Shown here in pieces: positions 18,140-27,999 of a stretch of DNA of 64,000 bases. Within the stretch, counting starts at the first letter, position 1; the number at the start of each line of letters is the position of its first letter. The stretch comes from Elainellaceae cyanobacterium (GTDB lineage Bacteria; Cyanobacteriota; Cyanobacteriia; CAKZMO01), in NCBI GenBank assembly GCA_050330955.1, contig JBHJHJ010000003.1:2484-66483 (forward strand). The letters are read 5' to 3'. The translations under genes were made by a program, and so were the position numbers. The notes below the pieces were generated by a model. That model saw nothing but the letters and a program-made list of their open reading frames with translations. It was not told where the DNA came from and did no database searches.

Positions 18140-18718
18140 ATGATTACGATCGATACCCTCATGATCACCCTCCGCGACCGGGGCGGCAGCCAATACGGCA
18201 GTGAGTCGGTGACCTACCTGGAGCATGCGTTGCAATGTGCCGCCCTCGCTCAGCAGAACAGTGAGTCGGACGCTCTGGTCGCAGCTTGCCTGCTCCACGA
18301 CATTGGACATATGCTGCACGAGCTTGGGGAAGACGTCGCACAGCAGGGGATCAATGACCGCCACGAACATCTGGCGCCGCGCTATCTCGCTTCCCTGTTT
18401 GGCCCAGCGGTCACCGAGCCGATTCGGCTTCACGTTCAGGCCAAGCAATATCTGTGCGCCATCAACAAGCGGTATTGGGACTCCCTCTCGCCAGCATCAC
18501 AAACGAGCCTAGAGCTGCAGGGGGGCATATTCTCCAAGGCCGACGCGAAGCGATTTATCTATCAGCGCTACGCCCCCGACGCCGTGAAGCTCCGTCTTTG
18601 GGATGATCAGGCTAAGGTCAGCGGACACAAAACCCCTGGTTTGGATCACTTTTTACCTGTCTTGCAGGCCTGTTACCTGTGCGATCGCGCCCATCAAAGT
18701 GCTCCTCTGGCGCTCTAG
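18140..18718 (+). CDS. HD-domain protein of the phosphonate-operon-associated clade (PhnZ-like, Phn_HD)
   Basis: YLEHALQCAALAQ..ACLLHDIGH HD motif in a ~190-aa protein, and its placement directly after phn genes. Start taken at MITIDTLMITL rather than the overlapping upstream start. Confidence 0.6.
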   Translation: MITIDTLMITLRDRGGSQYGSESVTYLEHALQCAALAQQNSESDALVAACLLHDIGHMLHELGEDVAQQGINDRHEHLAPRYLASLFGPAVTEPIRLHVQAKQYLCAINKRYWDSLSPASQTSLELQGGIFSKADAKRFIYQRYAPDAVKLRLWDDQAKVSGHKTPGLDHFLPVLQACYLCDRAHQSAPLAL

Positions 18719-19147
18719 CTACCATAGACCAAGCTGGATACGTGCCCTTGCGTTTGAAATCTGCTTTAAGATTATTTCAAACACAAGACTTTTGTATTGC
18801 ATGTACTGCTGAAAAGTGCTACCTTAGCTGACGGTGTTTTTCTGTCGGTGGTCTTTGCGGTGACCTTTGCTGCGCTATGTCGCTGGGGTTATGTGTAGGG
18901 TAGCCGGTACCGGTAAGTTGAAAATGTTCGACAGTCTTGCCGCTGTATCAGTCGGGTGTATGGCGATGCTCAATCGCTCGTGAGGTTCAAGTGAGATGAG
19001 GGGCGGAGTCAGTCCACCGCTCTTTCCACAAATCATGCAGAATTGCTATAGATAGCCTTGTGGTGACCATAGCACTGGTTTTGCTGAGCGGTTGTGAACA
19101 ATTCGGTGAATTCTCAGGTTAGGATTTCTATCTATATCGATTGATTT

Positions 19148-19417
19148 GTGATGGTCAGAAATTTATTGCTCTTTCTTCGAAAAAAGCTGATTTACATCCC
19201 AGTATTTGATTCTCAAAATGTAAAATTCACGCGACCGTCTTTACACCTGGGGCAGAAGGTACGAACCCAAACCGGCTATGTCGGCTACATCGTGGGCATT
19301 GATTTTTATCCAGAAGATGAAACGTGGGTCTACGGCCTCCACCCCGGCAGGCGAGCTGACGACGAGCCCGTAGAGCGGGATTTTTGGCTCTCAGCAGAGG
19401 AGCTTGAGCCGTTCTAA
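19148..19417 (+). CDS. Small hypothetical protein (89 aa)
   Basis: ORF in an otherwise AT-richer 700-bp gap. No recognisable motifs. Confidence 0.25.
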   Translation: MMVRNLLLFLRKKLIYIPVFDSQNVKFTRPSLHLGQKVRTQTGYVGYIVGIDFYPEDETWVYGLHPGRRADDEPVERDFWLSAEELEPF

Positions 19418-19452
19418 AACTCAAGGTCGGACTCAATGCTGATCCCACAGGT

Positions 19453-20970
19453 CTAAGTCAACCGACGACTTAGAAAATAGGTCTCCACAAGCCCCACGCC
19501 TTGGATGGTGGCATCCCCCCGCTGCTCAAACTCAAATTGCTCCCGCAGGGCGTGATACACCTCAGCCGTGACTTGAATCTTGCCCGGTATGCTGGTTTCC
19601 TCCATCCGACTGGCAATATTGACCGTATGGCCCCAGAGATCGAAAGCATAGGTTTTTTTCCCAATGACGCCCGCCACGACCGGACCAGAATGAAAGCCAA
19701 TGCGGATTTTGAAGTTTTTCCCGCTGGGTCTAGAAAACTGGGATATGGCCCTCTGCATGTCTAGGGCGAGATCAGCGATCGCCTGTAGGTGATTTGGCTG
19801 ATGGGACGAGACGTTGGCGCCCACCATGTAGGCGTCTCCAATTGTTTTAATTTTCTCTAGGCTATACCGCTCTACCAGACCATCGAAGATAGAGAAAATT
19901 TCGTTTAGCACTGTGACGACCGCCTTTGGCTCTGTCTTGGCCGCAAAGTGGGTAAAGTTCACAATGTCTGCAAATAAGACGCTCGCAGATTCAATGCTGT
20001 CAGCGATCGCATCAGGCCGACGCTTTAGACGCTGAACGACGGAAAGCGGCAGCATGTTCTGAATCAGGTTCTCCGCTCGCTGGCGCTCTTGCTTCAGCAT
20101 CTGCTCAAACTCGATGCGCTCGGTAATGTCTTGGGTCGTCCCTTCGTAATACTGCAGGTGACCTGCTACATCTCGTACCTCTCGTACGTTCTCGCTAACC
20201 CAAATGCGAGAGCCGTCTTTGCGGTAAACCTGAGAGACAGCGTCCATTACCTTTCCAGTCTGCTGTAGGTATACTACTAGCTCTAGCCGCCGCTTGGGCT
20301 GGACATAAATCTGCCGCCCGATATCCTGGGTACATTGAATCAATTCTTCAGGCGAGTCGTAGCCGTAGATTTGAGCCAGGGCCGGGTTGACGGTGATAAA
20401 CTGACCGGAGGCCGTGGACTGAAAAATTCCCTCGCTGGCAGATTCAAAGATGTTACGGTACTTTGACTCTGCGAGCTGACGATTGCGAACTTCTTGCCTG
20501 AGCTGGATATTCTTCGCCTCCAATAGTCTCGCCTGATACTGGGTCTGCTGCTGGAGATGATAAATCTGTAAGTGGGTCTGAACCCGAGCCACCACTTCCG
20601 CTGCCTGAAACGGCTTACTGATATAGTCAATTCCCCCCAAGCTCAGGCCTTTGACCTTATCTTCCGTTGCGCTTAGGGCACTGACGAAGATAATCGGAAT
20701 CGCTTTGAGCGCTGAATCCAGCTTGAATCGGTGGCAGACGTCGTAGCCGCTCATTTCCGGCATATTCACGTCGAGCAGGACCAAATCTGGGGGAGATTCA
20801 GTGGCGCTGCGCAAAGCCGCGGCACCACTCAAAGCTTTACGGATTTGATAGCCCTCAGGCTTTAAAATCTTGGTCAATACCTGAATGTTGTCTACTACGT
20901 CATCCACAATCAGAATCGTGGCTGATGTGATAGCGTCATCAACGCCCATAGGTTCCAGGGAAGTGGTCAT
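19453..20970 (-). CDS. Response regulator receiver - PAS - class III adenylate/guanylate cyclase
   Basis: REC (ILIVDD..LVLLDVNMPEMSG..K), coiled coil, PAS (IFQSTASGQFITVNPA), and CYCc (FADIVNFT..GDAYMV..GFHSGPVVAGVIG..FDLWGHTVNIASRME). Confidence 0.8.
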   Translation of the reverse strand: MTTSLEPMGVDDAITSATILIVDDVVDNIQVLTKILKPEGYQIRKALSGAAALRSATESPPDLVLLDVNMPEMSGYDVCHRFKLDSALKAIPIIFVSALSATEDKVKGLSLGGIDYISKPFQAAEVVARVQTHLQIYHLQQQTQYQARLLEAKNIQLRQEVRNRQLAESKYRNIFESASEGIFQSTASGQFITVNPALAQIYGYDSPEELIQCTQDIGRQIYVQPKRRLELVVYLQQTGKVMDAVSQVYRKDGSRIWVSENVREVRDVAGHLQYYEGTTQDITERIEFEQMLKQERQRAENLIQNMLPLSVVQRLKRRPDAIADSIESASVLFADIVNFTHFAAKTEPKAVVTVLNEIFSIFDGLVERYSLEKIKTIGDAYMVGANVSSHQPNHLQAIADLALDMQRAISQFSRPSGKNFKIRIGFHSGPVVAGVIGKKTYAFDLWGHTVNIASRMEETSIPGKIQVTAEVYHALREQFEFEQRGDATIQGVGLVETYFLSRRLT

Positions 20971-21406
20971 CTATGCAATCGCCGTTTCTACAAAGTTTGG
21001 GAGTTTGCCTATCCATGTAGATGCGTAGGTCGCTACAAAGCAAACGCAAGCTCACTCAACGCCCATAGCTCAAGTCTGCAAGTTTGTAATTGCCGCGTCA
21101 ATACGGTCGCAAAATTGTACTTAAAGGCGTAAGGGCTGTCCAGAAATCTCGGCTCAGTTGTAAGGACTGTGAAGACTGGCCTAATCTAGATAGGTTATTT
21201 GTGCGAAGAAGGTAAAGATTTGGCCAACGGTCGACCCAGCAAGCAGCGCCCTGAGTCACCCTGTGGAGGTATCCTTGTCAGCGCTTGATATCAGCGCTCC
21301 GGCGTTATCTAAAAGATTCAGTCCTTCCACGTCATTGCCTATTGCAACCCAATAGGGTTACATGACATAAACGGGTACTACTTTAGACACCTACAGTAAT
21401 GTAATT

Positions 21407-22489
21407 ATGACAATTTCTAATAAAACGGCTATTCTCACTGGGATTACAGGTCAGGATGGGTCTTATCTCACGGAGCTGCTGCTCGACAAGGGCTATGAGG
21501 TCCATGGAATTATCCGCCGCACCTCCACGTTCAATACGGATCGGATTGATCACCTGTACCAAGATCCCCATAATCCAGAGGCTAAGCTCTTCCTGCACTA
21601 CGGCGACCTGACTGATGGCACCACGCTTCGCCGCATTTTGGAAGAGGTTGAGCCTTCAGAAATCTATAATCTTGGTGCTCAATCCCATGTGCGGGTCAGC
21701 TTTGATGCGCCAGAATACACCGTTGACAGCGTTGCTATGGGCAACCTGAGGCTATTGGAAGCCATCCGGGACTACCGCCGCCGCACCGGTAATAACGTCC
21801 GGTTCTACCAGGCAGGCTCCTCTGAGATGTATGGCAAGGTTCAAGAAGTCCCTCAGAAGGAAACTACGCCCTTTTACCCCCGCAGCCCTTATGCCTGCGC
21901 CAAAGTCTACGCCCACTGGCAGACCCTCAACTACCGCGAGTCCTACGATATGTTTGCCTGCAACGGCATTCTGTTTAACCACGAGTCACCGCGCCGGGGT
22001 GAGACGTTTGTCACCCGCAAAATTACCCGAGCCATTGCCCGCATCATTGCTGGGAAACAAAAGGAGCTGTATCTGGGCAACCTCGACTCAAAGCGCGATT
22101 GGGGCTATGCCAAAGACTATGTCCGGGCGATGTGGCTGATGCTGCAGCAAGAGCAGCCCGACGACTACGTGATTGCCACAGGCGAGACCTACTCGGTGCG
22201 CGAGTTCCTGGAGGTGGCCTTTGCCCACGTGAACCTCAACTGGCAGGATTACGTTAAGTTTGACGAGCGCTATCTACGGCCAGCAGAGGTAGAGCTGCTG
22301 ATTGGTGACCCCACCAAAGCTAAAGAAAAGCTGGGCTGGGAGCCGTCGGTAACCTTTGAGGAACTGGTAAAACTGATGGTGGAAGCAGATATGCGATCGC
22401 TGGGTCTAATCTCGGTTAATAGTGGTACTAGCGCTAGTGATGCGGAGAATGCCACGGTACGCGATCGCATTGGGACTACTGCATTCTAG
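21407..22489 (+). CDS. gmd: GDP-mannose 4,6-dehydratase
   Basis: [35 protein letters not shown]; SEMYGK; [19 protein letters not shown]. Confidence 0.9.
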   Translation: MTISNKTAILTGITGQDGSYLTELLLDKGYEVHGIIRRTSTFNTDRIDHLYQDPHNPEAKLFLHYGDLTDGTTLRRILEEVEPSEIYNLGAQSHVRVSFDAPEYTVDSVAMGNLRLLEAIRDYRRRTGNNVRFYQAGSSEMYGKVQEVPQKETTPFYPRSPYACAKVYAHWQTLNYRESYDMFACNGILFNHESPRRGETFVTRKITRAIARIIAGKQKELYLGNLDSKRDWGYAKDYVRAMWLMLQQEQPDDYVIATGETYSVREFLEVAFAHVNLNWQDYVKFDERYLRPAEVELLIGDPTKAKEKLGWEPSVTFEELVKLMVEADMRSLGLISVNSGTSASDAENATVRDRIGTTAF

Positions 22490-22763
22490 ATTTACCCTTA
22501 ACTTATTGCCCACATCGCCTACTGTGTTAGCGCCATTGCGTTTGGCAGTGATATCACTTAAGGCGGTTGGGCAAGGGGGCCTTAGGTCGCGCTAGCCTAA
22601 GGTCTCCTGAAAGTTTGTGACCCAAAATTTCTACTATTCACGCCACTTAAAAAAGATTGCCGATTTTGCTCAGCTCGTGGGCTAGAACAGCTGGCTCAAT
22701 CTAGCTCAATTTGCCGCACCCCTTGAAGGGGATTAGCCAGTCTGGCAATGCTAAATCGCGGAT

Positions 22764-22804
22764 GAATTCTGAATCCCCCCCTTTCGGAAATCATTCAGAA
22801 TTTC
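22764..22804. promoter_or_regulatory. 10-bp-stem hairpin in the AT-rich intergenic region upstream of the 23104 operon
   Basis: AATTCTGAAT ..17-nt loop.. ATTCAGAATT. Confidence 0.3.
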
Positions 22805-23103
22805 CGTGCATTCATAAGGCATGTCCATAAACGATTACATGTTTTAAATGCACTCCCTAAAATGCTATCGTGATTGTGAGAATTAGTACAGTAAGGTGTA
22901 ATCCCCTTATCTAAGTGCAAAAGTTTCCCTTAGAATTAAGGCTGTTCAAAAATTCAATGAGCTACGACGACGGCTCTCGGCTTCGTCTCGTGAAGGCCTG
23001 ATTTCCAGTCTATGGCGATCGCGCTGGTAGCTTATTGGTCAGTCAGCCTCACTGTATTTTATCTAGCCGAATTAGTGGCTCGGTTTTTAGCGGAGATAGC
23101 CTA

Positions 23104-23901
23104 ATGCAACCACCCAGTGCTCAACCACCCGCCCTGAGCATTCGTCGACTCGGCCAGCTCGGATTTGTGGGCTGGTTCAGAGGGCTTAGCGATCGAACGC
23201 GGTTAATTGTAATAGCCGGTTTGCCAGCCTGCGGCCTGTTTTTATTCACCATCGCGGCGCTGCTATTGAAGCCGCCTCAGCAGGTGGAGCGGCGCGACCC
23301 AGCCTCTGAGCGCGACACAATTTTAGCGGTGGCTCCCACGACCTTGGCCCAGATTGCGCCTAGCATGGGCGCCATTGAAAAGGCACAGCGGCTAATGGGA
23401 GTCATGCCCGTTTACGAGTCAGCCTTAGCCGACAAATCTCAGCTTGTGCAGTCAGAGCTGATTTTGCATGAGTCTCAGCGATTGCTGAGAGAGGCGGAAG
23501 AAGAAGCCGGGGCGGGGGAGCCCGAAGACATTGACCAGTATGGATTTTCCATGCCGCGCTGCCGCCAAATGATGGACACCAAGCGCTGCATTCTGCTGCG
23601 CTACGTTGGCGACGGCGTCAAGCTGATGGAGCAGGGGGAAAAAAGCCACGACGTCTATAGCTATGTGCAGGGCTACGTTCAGGCTCAGGCAGCAGCGCTC
23701 GCCCTATTCCCTGTCCAGCCCATGGACGGTGGCCAGGTGCCGGTGAATAGCTGGCTCAACTACCGGGAAGGACTGGCCTCCGTCATCCCTTACCTCCCCA
23801 GCACTGCGGCGGTGGGTCGGGGCCTTGGGGCCGAGCGTCAGCCCCTCAGCCCAGCGGAGAACCTAATCCGCCAGAATCCGCTGCCGGAGGAGGGAGAGTA
23901 A
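23104..23901 (+). CDS. Hypothetical single-pass membrane protein (first gene of a 4-gene operon)
   Basis: Start taken at MQPPSAQ, with GGAG 10 nt upstream. One TM (LIVIAGLPACGLFLFTIAALLL). Its stop overlaps the next gene's ATG (TAATG). Confidence 0.5.
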   Translation: MQPPSAQPPALSIRRLGQLGFVGWFRGLSDRTRLIVIAGLPACGLFLFTIAALLLKPPQQVERRDPASERDTILAVAPTTLAQIAPSMGAIEKAQRLMGVMPVYESALADKSQLVQSELILHESQRLLREAEEEAGAGEPEDIDQYGFSMPRCRQMMDTKRCILLRYVGDGVKLMEQGEKSHDVYSYVQGYVQAQAAALALFPVQPMDGGQVPVNSWLNYREGLASVIPYLPSTAAVGRGLGAERQPLSPAENLIRQNPLPEEGE

Positions 23902-25385
23902 TGGGGAAGTTCCTATCCAGCCGCATGCAGAAGCTGCTCACCTACCCCTTAGCAGGCATTGGCCTGTTTATGGGGGTGTACGGACTGCACAGCGCCCTCA
24001 CCCCCGACTACACCGTAGATGAGCAGGTGATCGACAACCTCTACGACAAAGCCCGCAAGTGGGAATCATTCGCCCTGACTGAATCTATGTCCAAGCGGGT
24101 CGAGGGGCTGGCGATCGCCTCCATTGGCCTGATTGCCATCGGCAGCGCGATCGCCCTGAGCAACGCTGAGCCCAACCGCCTAGTCCCCGAAAACGACAAT
24201 AAAACGCCCCTCGTCCTGCCCTCCCCCCAGGAGACCCGCGAGACGCTGATCAACCGGCTCAAGGTGCTGCTCTCCAACGAACTGTGGCTAAAGCAGATGA
24301 TTGGCGCTCCGCTGGTTATTGTGACGGGCGGTATGGGGGGCGGCAAAAGCAGCATTGCCAACGCCATTGTTGTGCTGCGCCAGATTCTGATGGCCAACGA
24401 CGCCCTGATCTTCGACCCTGACGCTGACGAAGATTTGGCGGCGGGCACCTGGCTCACCGGTCAAGTGTTCGGCACCGCTAACCAAGGGGAGTTTGGCGAC
24501 ATTGCCCGGGCCTACTTGCCCCTAGCGCTGTCCGGACGAACAAAAGGGGAGCCCGCCATTAGCGTCATTTTTGACGAGGTGTCCAAGTGGGAGCGCCTCT
24601 ACAATCTGGGCAACGAACTCAATCAGCTGGTGCAGTTTGGGGCTCAAGACATCCGCAAAAAGCGGGTGCAGTATATCTTTGTGCTCCACGCCGACAGCCA
24701 GATCACATCAGATATGATCCACTCCCAGCTCCCACCGGGGCTGCTGACTTCCCTAACCACCCAGGCCGCTATTGTCCATGTCCCCGTTAAAGCAGACGAC
24801 TTCGGCAACCCCGAGCCCATGGGCTGGGTGCGCTTCAAACCCCCCAACCAGCCCGATGTCAAGGACAACTACCAGCGGTATGCGGTTCCGGCGCTGCTCA
24901 AGCCCCAAGGTCTGCGCAATGAGAGCCAAAAGATTTTAGAGCACCTCGGCATCAAGCCCGACGTCAACCCTGGCCGCCTCATCACCCCCGAAATTGAAGA
25001 GCTGATTGGGCGCCGACTCAACCTTAGAGATCCTGAAAATATCGACCGGCTCAACCGCCTGGTCGAAGGCCCCACCGCCCCCGGCATCGACGCCTCAGAA
25101 AACCGCCACACCAGCGTGGACTGGCAATACATTCCGCACAACAAGGTTGTGGTGGCCTTCTTCCGCTACATCTTCAGCTCCGCTAGCCCGCTGAAAGCCG
25201 GCGAGGACGACTTCGACGTCAGCGAGCTGGCGGTTTGGAGCAGCGATCGCGAGATCGCGGTTCAGGACTTCAACGCATTTCTGGATATGGTCAATTACTT
25301 CAATCTCGGGCGTTATACTACGGAAGACAAAAGCCGGTGGACCCCAGTGATCTCACCTGATTGCCTGCCGCCGGGTGACCTTTAA
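23901..25385 (+). CDS. Membrane-anchored P-loop NTPase (2 N-terminal TM helices + Walker A/B; T4 coupling-protein-like architecture)
   Basis: TM1 LLTYPLAGIGLFMGVYGL and TM2 LAIASIGLIAIGSAIAL; Walker A VTGGMGGGKSS; Walker-B-like VIFDEVSKWE. Family assignment is uncertain. Confidence 0.55.
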   Translation: MGKFLSSRMQKLLTYPLAGIGLFMGVYGLHSALTPDYTVDEQVIDNLYDKARKWESFALTESMSKRVEGLAIASIGLIAIGSAIALSNAEPNRLVPENDNKTPLVLPSPQETRETLINRLKVLLSNELWLKQMIGAPLVIVTGGMGGGKSSIANAIVVLRQILMANDALIFDPDADEDLAAGTWLTGQVFGTANQGEFGDIARAYLPLALSGRTKGEPAISVIFDEVSKWERLYNLGNELNQLVQFGAQDIRKKRVQYIFVLHADSQITSDMIHSQLPPGLLTSLTTQAAIVHVPVKADDFGNPEPMGWVRFKPPNQPDVKDNYQRYAVPALLKPQGLRNESQKILEHLGIKPDVNPGRLITPEIEELIGRRLNLRDPENIDRLNRLVEGPTAPGIDASENRHTSVDWQYIPHNKVVVAFFRYIFSSASPLKAGEDDFDVSELAVWSSDREIAVQDFNAFLDMVNYFNLGRYTTEDKSRWTPVISPDCLPPGDL

Positions 25386-25420
25386 TCTAGTGTCCATTAA
25401 GTCACCCTCAAGGAGACACC

Positions 25421-25828
25421 ATGACCAAGCATACCGATGATCACGTCGTAATTAACGTAGACGGCGACGATGGCCGTCGCGATAGAAGCGGACCCATCAA
25501 TGAAATTGGCCGCGGCATGGGCAGCATTTTCTGGGGAATGCGCAACCCTATCCGCACTGGGCTGCGGGGATTTGGTTTGTTCTGCTCCGTTATGGGGTTA
25601 ATTACCGTGGGTGCTGGGGTTGTTTACATGGTGCAGGGCGGTGGTGGGCCAACACGGTTGAGTTCCCACCCTGTAGAACTGGGGCGCTGGGGCGCAAGAA
25701 ATCTAGTCTCTCCCCTGTTTGAACCCTTACTCAATCGTCCCCGTGAGTCGGACAACGTGATTACCGGCCCCCCCGAGAAGCCCATCGAATCCCTTGAGGA
25801 TCTCTACCGACAGGACTCTGAAGAATAG
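25421..25828 (+). CDS. Small hypothetical membrane protein
   Basis: One predicted TM (GLRGFGLFCSVMGLITVGAGVVYMV). Same strand as the operon, with tight spacing. Confidence 0.4.
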   Translation: MTKHTDDHVVINVDGDDGRRDRSGPINEIGRGMGSIFWGMRNPIRTGLRGFGLFCSVMGLITVGAGVVYMVQGGGGPTRLSSHPVELGRWGARNLVSPLFEPLLNRPRESDNVITGPPEKPIESLEDLYRQDSEE

Positions 25829-25846
25829 GGATTCTGAGGGCGAAGG

Positions 25847-26947
25847 ATGGCTCGGATTACCATCATTAATCAGCGGCTGTTCTCATCCCCCAGAGCGAGA
25901 AGGCAGCAGCGGTTAAGGGGGCTGTTATCGGCCTTGGTTTTGACAGCTTTGGTGGCGCTCCTGTGGGTTTCTCCTTGGGGCACATCCCTTTGGCAAGGGG
26001 TTCGCCACATCTATGCTCAGCTCCGGCTGAGAAATATTGGGCGTGTCGTCCCTGGAATCTACGGCGGCTATACCTTAAATCAGCACCAAGCTGACGTGGC
26101 CAACACCATTATTCGCGCAGGAATTGAGGCGGGGGCAAGCGAATATGACATTAAGGTCGCGCTGATGACGGCGCTGGCAGAGAGCGACCTTCAGGCTTTA
26201 GACTATGGCGACTTAGATTCGAGGAATGCCTTTCAGCAGCGCCCGTCCCAAGACTGGCCCGACACCACCGATACATTCACGGCGGCGCGGGCTTTCTTCA
26301 ACGGCCACGGCACCAATATCGGGCTACTGGATATCCGCGATCGCATCCGCCGAGATGCGGGGTCGCTGGCCCAAGAGGTGCAGCGGTCGGCCTACCCAGA
26401 GCGCTACGGTGAGTTTGAGCACATCGCTGAGGCCATTGTATTCGCGGCGCGCAAGCCTGGGGAGGAGTCTCTGTCCCTCACCGACGTTGCTCTAGGGGCC
26501 CTCAACGCCAGTCCGGGGGAGCAGGTGTTTCCCCTCAAAGGCAAAACCATGGCCTCCGCTGAGGTGACCAGCGAGTTTGGCTGGCGCTATGGGGGTGGCA
26601 GGCGCGACACGAGCGAGCGCAACTTTCACCAGGGCATTGACCTCGCCTGCGCCTACGGGGAACCCGTGACTGCGGTGGAGTCGGGGGTGATAGAGCATGT
26701 GGATACGGACCCCGACGGCTATGGGGCTCAGGCGATCGCGCTAATTGCTCGGGACGGCACCGAGTTTCTCTATGGCCATGTGCAGAAGCGGCTGGTGGGA
26801 AACGGTGAGCTAGTGAATGCGGGGGCGATTGTGGCGGAGTGCGGCAGCGAAGGGAACAGCAGCGGCCCCCATCTGCACTTCGAGATGTGGTACGGCAGCC
26901 AGCCGAAGGATCCGCGGGGCTATTTGGAGACGCTGGGGCCGAGCTAA
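25847..26947 (+). CDS. Membrane-anchored cell-wall hydrolase: lytic-transglycosylase-like region + M23 (LytM) peptidase domain
   Basis: N-terminal TM (LLSALVLTALVALLWV). A central region has an SLT-like E-S motif (VALMTALAESDLQ ... RAFFNGHG). The C-terminal M23 signatures are FHQGIDLA and GPHLHFEMWY. Confidence 0.75.
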   Translation: MARITIINQRLFSSPRARRQQRLRGLLSALVLTALVALLWVSPWGTSLWQGVRHIYAQLRLRNIGRVVPGIYGGYTLNQHQADVANTIIRAGIEAGASEYDIKVALMTALAESDLQALDYGDLDSRNAFQQRPSQDWPDTTDTFTAARAFFNGHGTNIGLLDIRDRIRRDAGSLAQEVQRSAYPERYGEFEHIAEAIVFAARKPGEESLSLTDVALGALNASPGEQVFPLKGKTMASAEVTSEFGWRYGGGRRDTSERNFHQGIDLACAYGEPVTAVESGVIEHVDTDPDGYGAQAIALIARDGTEFLYGHVQKRLVGNGELVNAGAIVAECGSEGNSSGPHLHFEMWYGSQPKDPRGYLETLGPS

Positions 26948-27063
26948 AGCCCGTTCCCTTAGTGATAGGATGACGTTGGCATTCGGGGCGATCGCCTTGC
27001 AGTGGAGCAGGCATCGGCTCCTCGCCAAAGGCTTGACGCGGACATCGTTACAGACGTGGATTT

Positions 27064-27843
27064 GTGGCTCAGAAAGTTGCCATTTTCAATACCAAGGGCG
27101 GCGTTGGCAAATCGGCAACCGCCACGAACCTCGCATCGGGTCTGGCGATGTTCGAAAAAGAGCGGGTTTTGCTGGTGGATATCGATCCCCAGGGCAGCTC
27201 AGCAGCGTCCTTGGGAATTTCGGTATCGGAGCTTGAGGTGCAGCTTAAGGACGTGCTCAAAAGCGATTCTACCGAGGACTGCAGGGCACTGCTGGATCGG
27301 GCCATTTTGTCTACGCCGAATGGCGTGGACGTGCTGCCGTCAAATTTGCTGCTGGCCACCGAAGAGCTAGCCCTGTGCGACTTGCCCAATCGGGAACAGC
27401 GGCTGAAGCGATCGCTCGCCCTGATCGAAGACGACTACGACTGCATGTTCATCGACTGCCCCCCCAACATCGGCATTTTTGCCCTCAACGCCCTCAACGC
27501 CAGCGACGGCGTCGTGGTGCCGGTGGACATGAGCTACGTCGGGCTTTTGGGAATGACGGGGGTTGAATATGCCTTTGACATGGTGCAGAAAAGCTCTAGC
27601 CACCAAGTGGAGCTGATTGGCGTATTAGCCACCCGCTACGACAGCCGCAAGAACATTAGCCGCGACGTGCTTCATACCTTGAAGGAGCGCTTTGGGGAAA
27701 AGCTATTCAAAACGGTGGTCCCAGACACGGTCAAGGTTTCAGAGGCTCCCCACTACGGCGTCTCTATCTTTGAGCATGACCCCTACGGGGCGGGAGCTTT
27801 GGCTTACCGGGCCCTGATAGACGAAGTGATGACCCGCTGGTAG
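27064..27843 (+). CDS. ParA/MinD-family ATPase (orphan, no cognate ParB adjacent)
   Basis: GTG start. Deviant Walker A NTKGGVGKSATATNLA; LLVDIDPQGS; DCPPN. Confidence 0.8.
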   Translation: MAQKVAIFNTKGGVGKSATATNLASGLAMFEKERVLLVDIDPQGSSAASLGISVSELEVQLKDVLKSDSTEDCRALLDRAILSTPNGVDVLPSNLLLATEELALCDLPNREQRLKRSLALIEDDYDCMFIDCPPNIGIFALNALNASDGVVVPVDMSYVGLLGMTGVEYAFDMVQKSSSHQVELIGVLATRYDSRKNISRDVLHTLKERFGEKLFKTVVPDTVKVSEAPHYGVSIFEHDPYGAGALAYRALIDEVMTRW

Positions 27844-27999
27844 CGTCAAAAGGCTACTCGGGGTTGCCCTGCATACGCGGTGAGGTTCAAGGCTGACCCT
27901 GGGAAAGAGGGTGGCCCTAGAATAAAAGTATTAACATTTTATTGCAAGCTAGTTGACAAGTTGGTATTTGTTTAGCATTACGCTGGCCCTCACCCCCGG

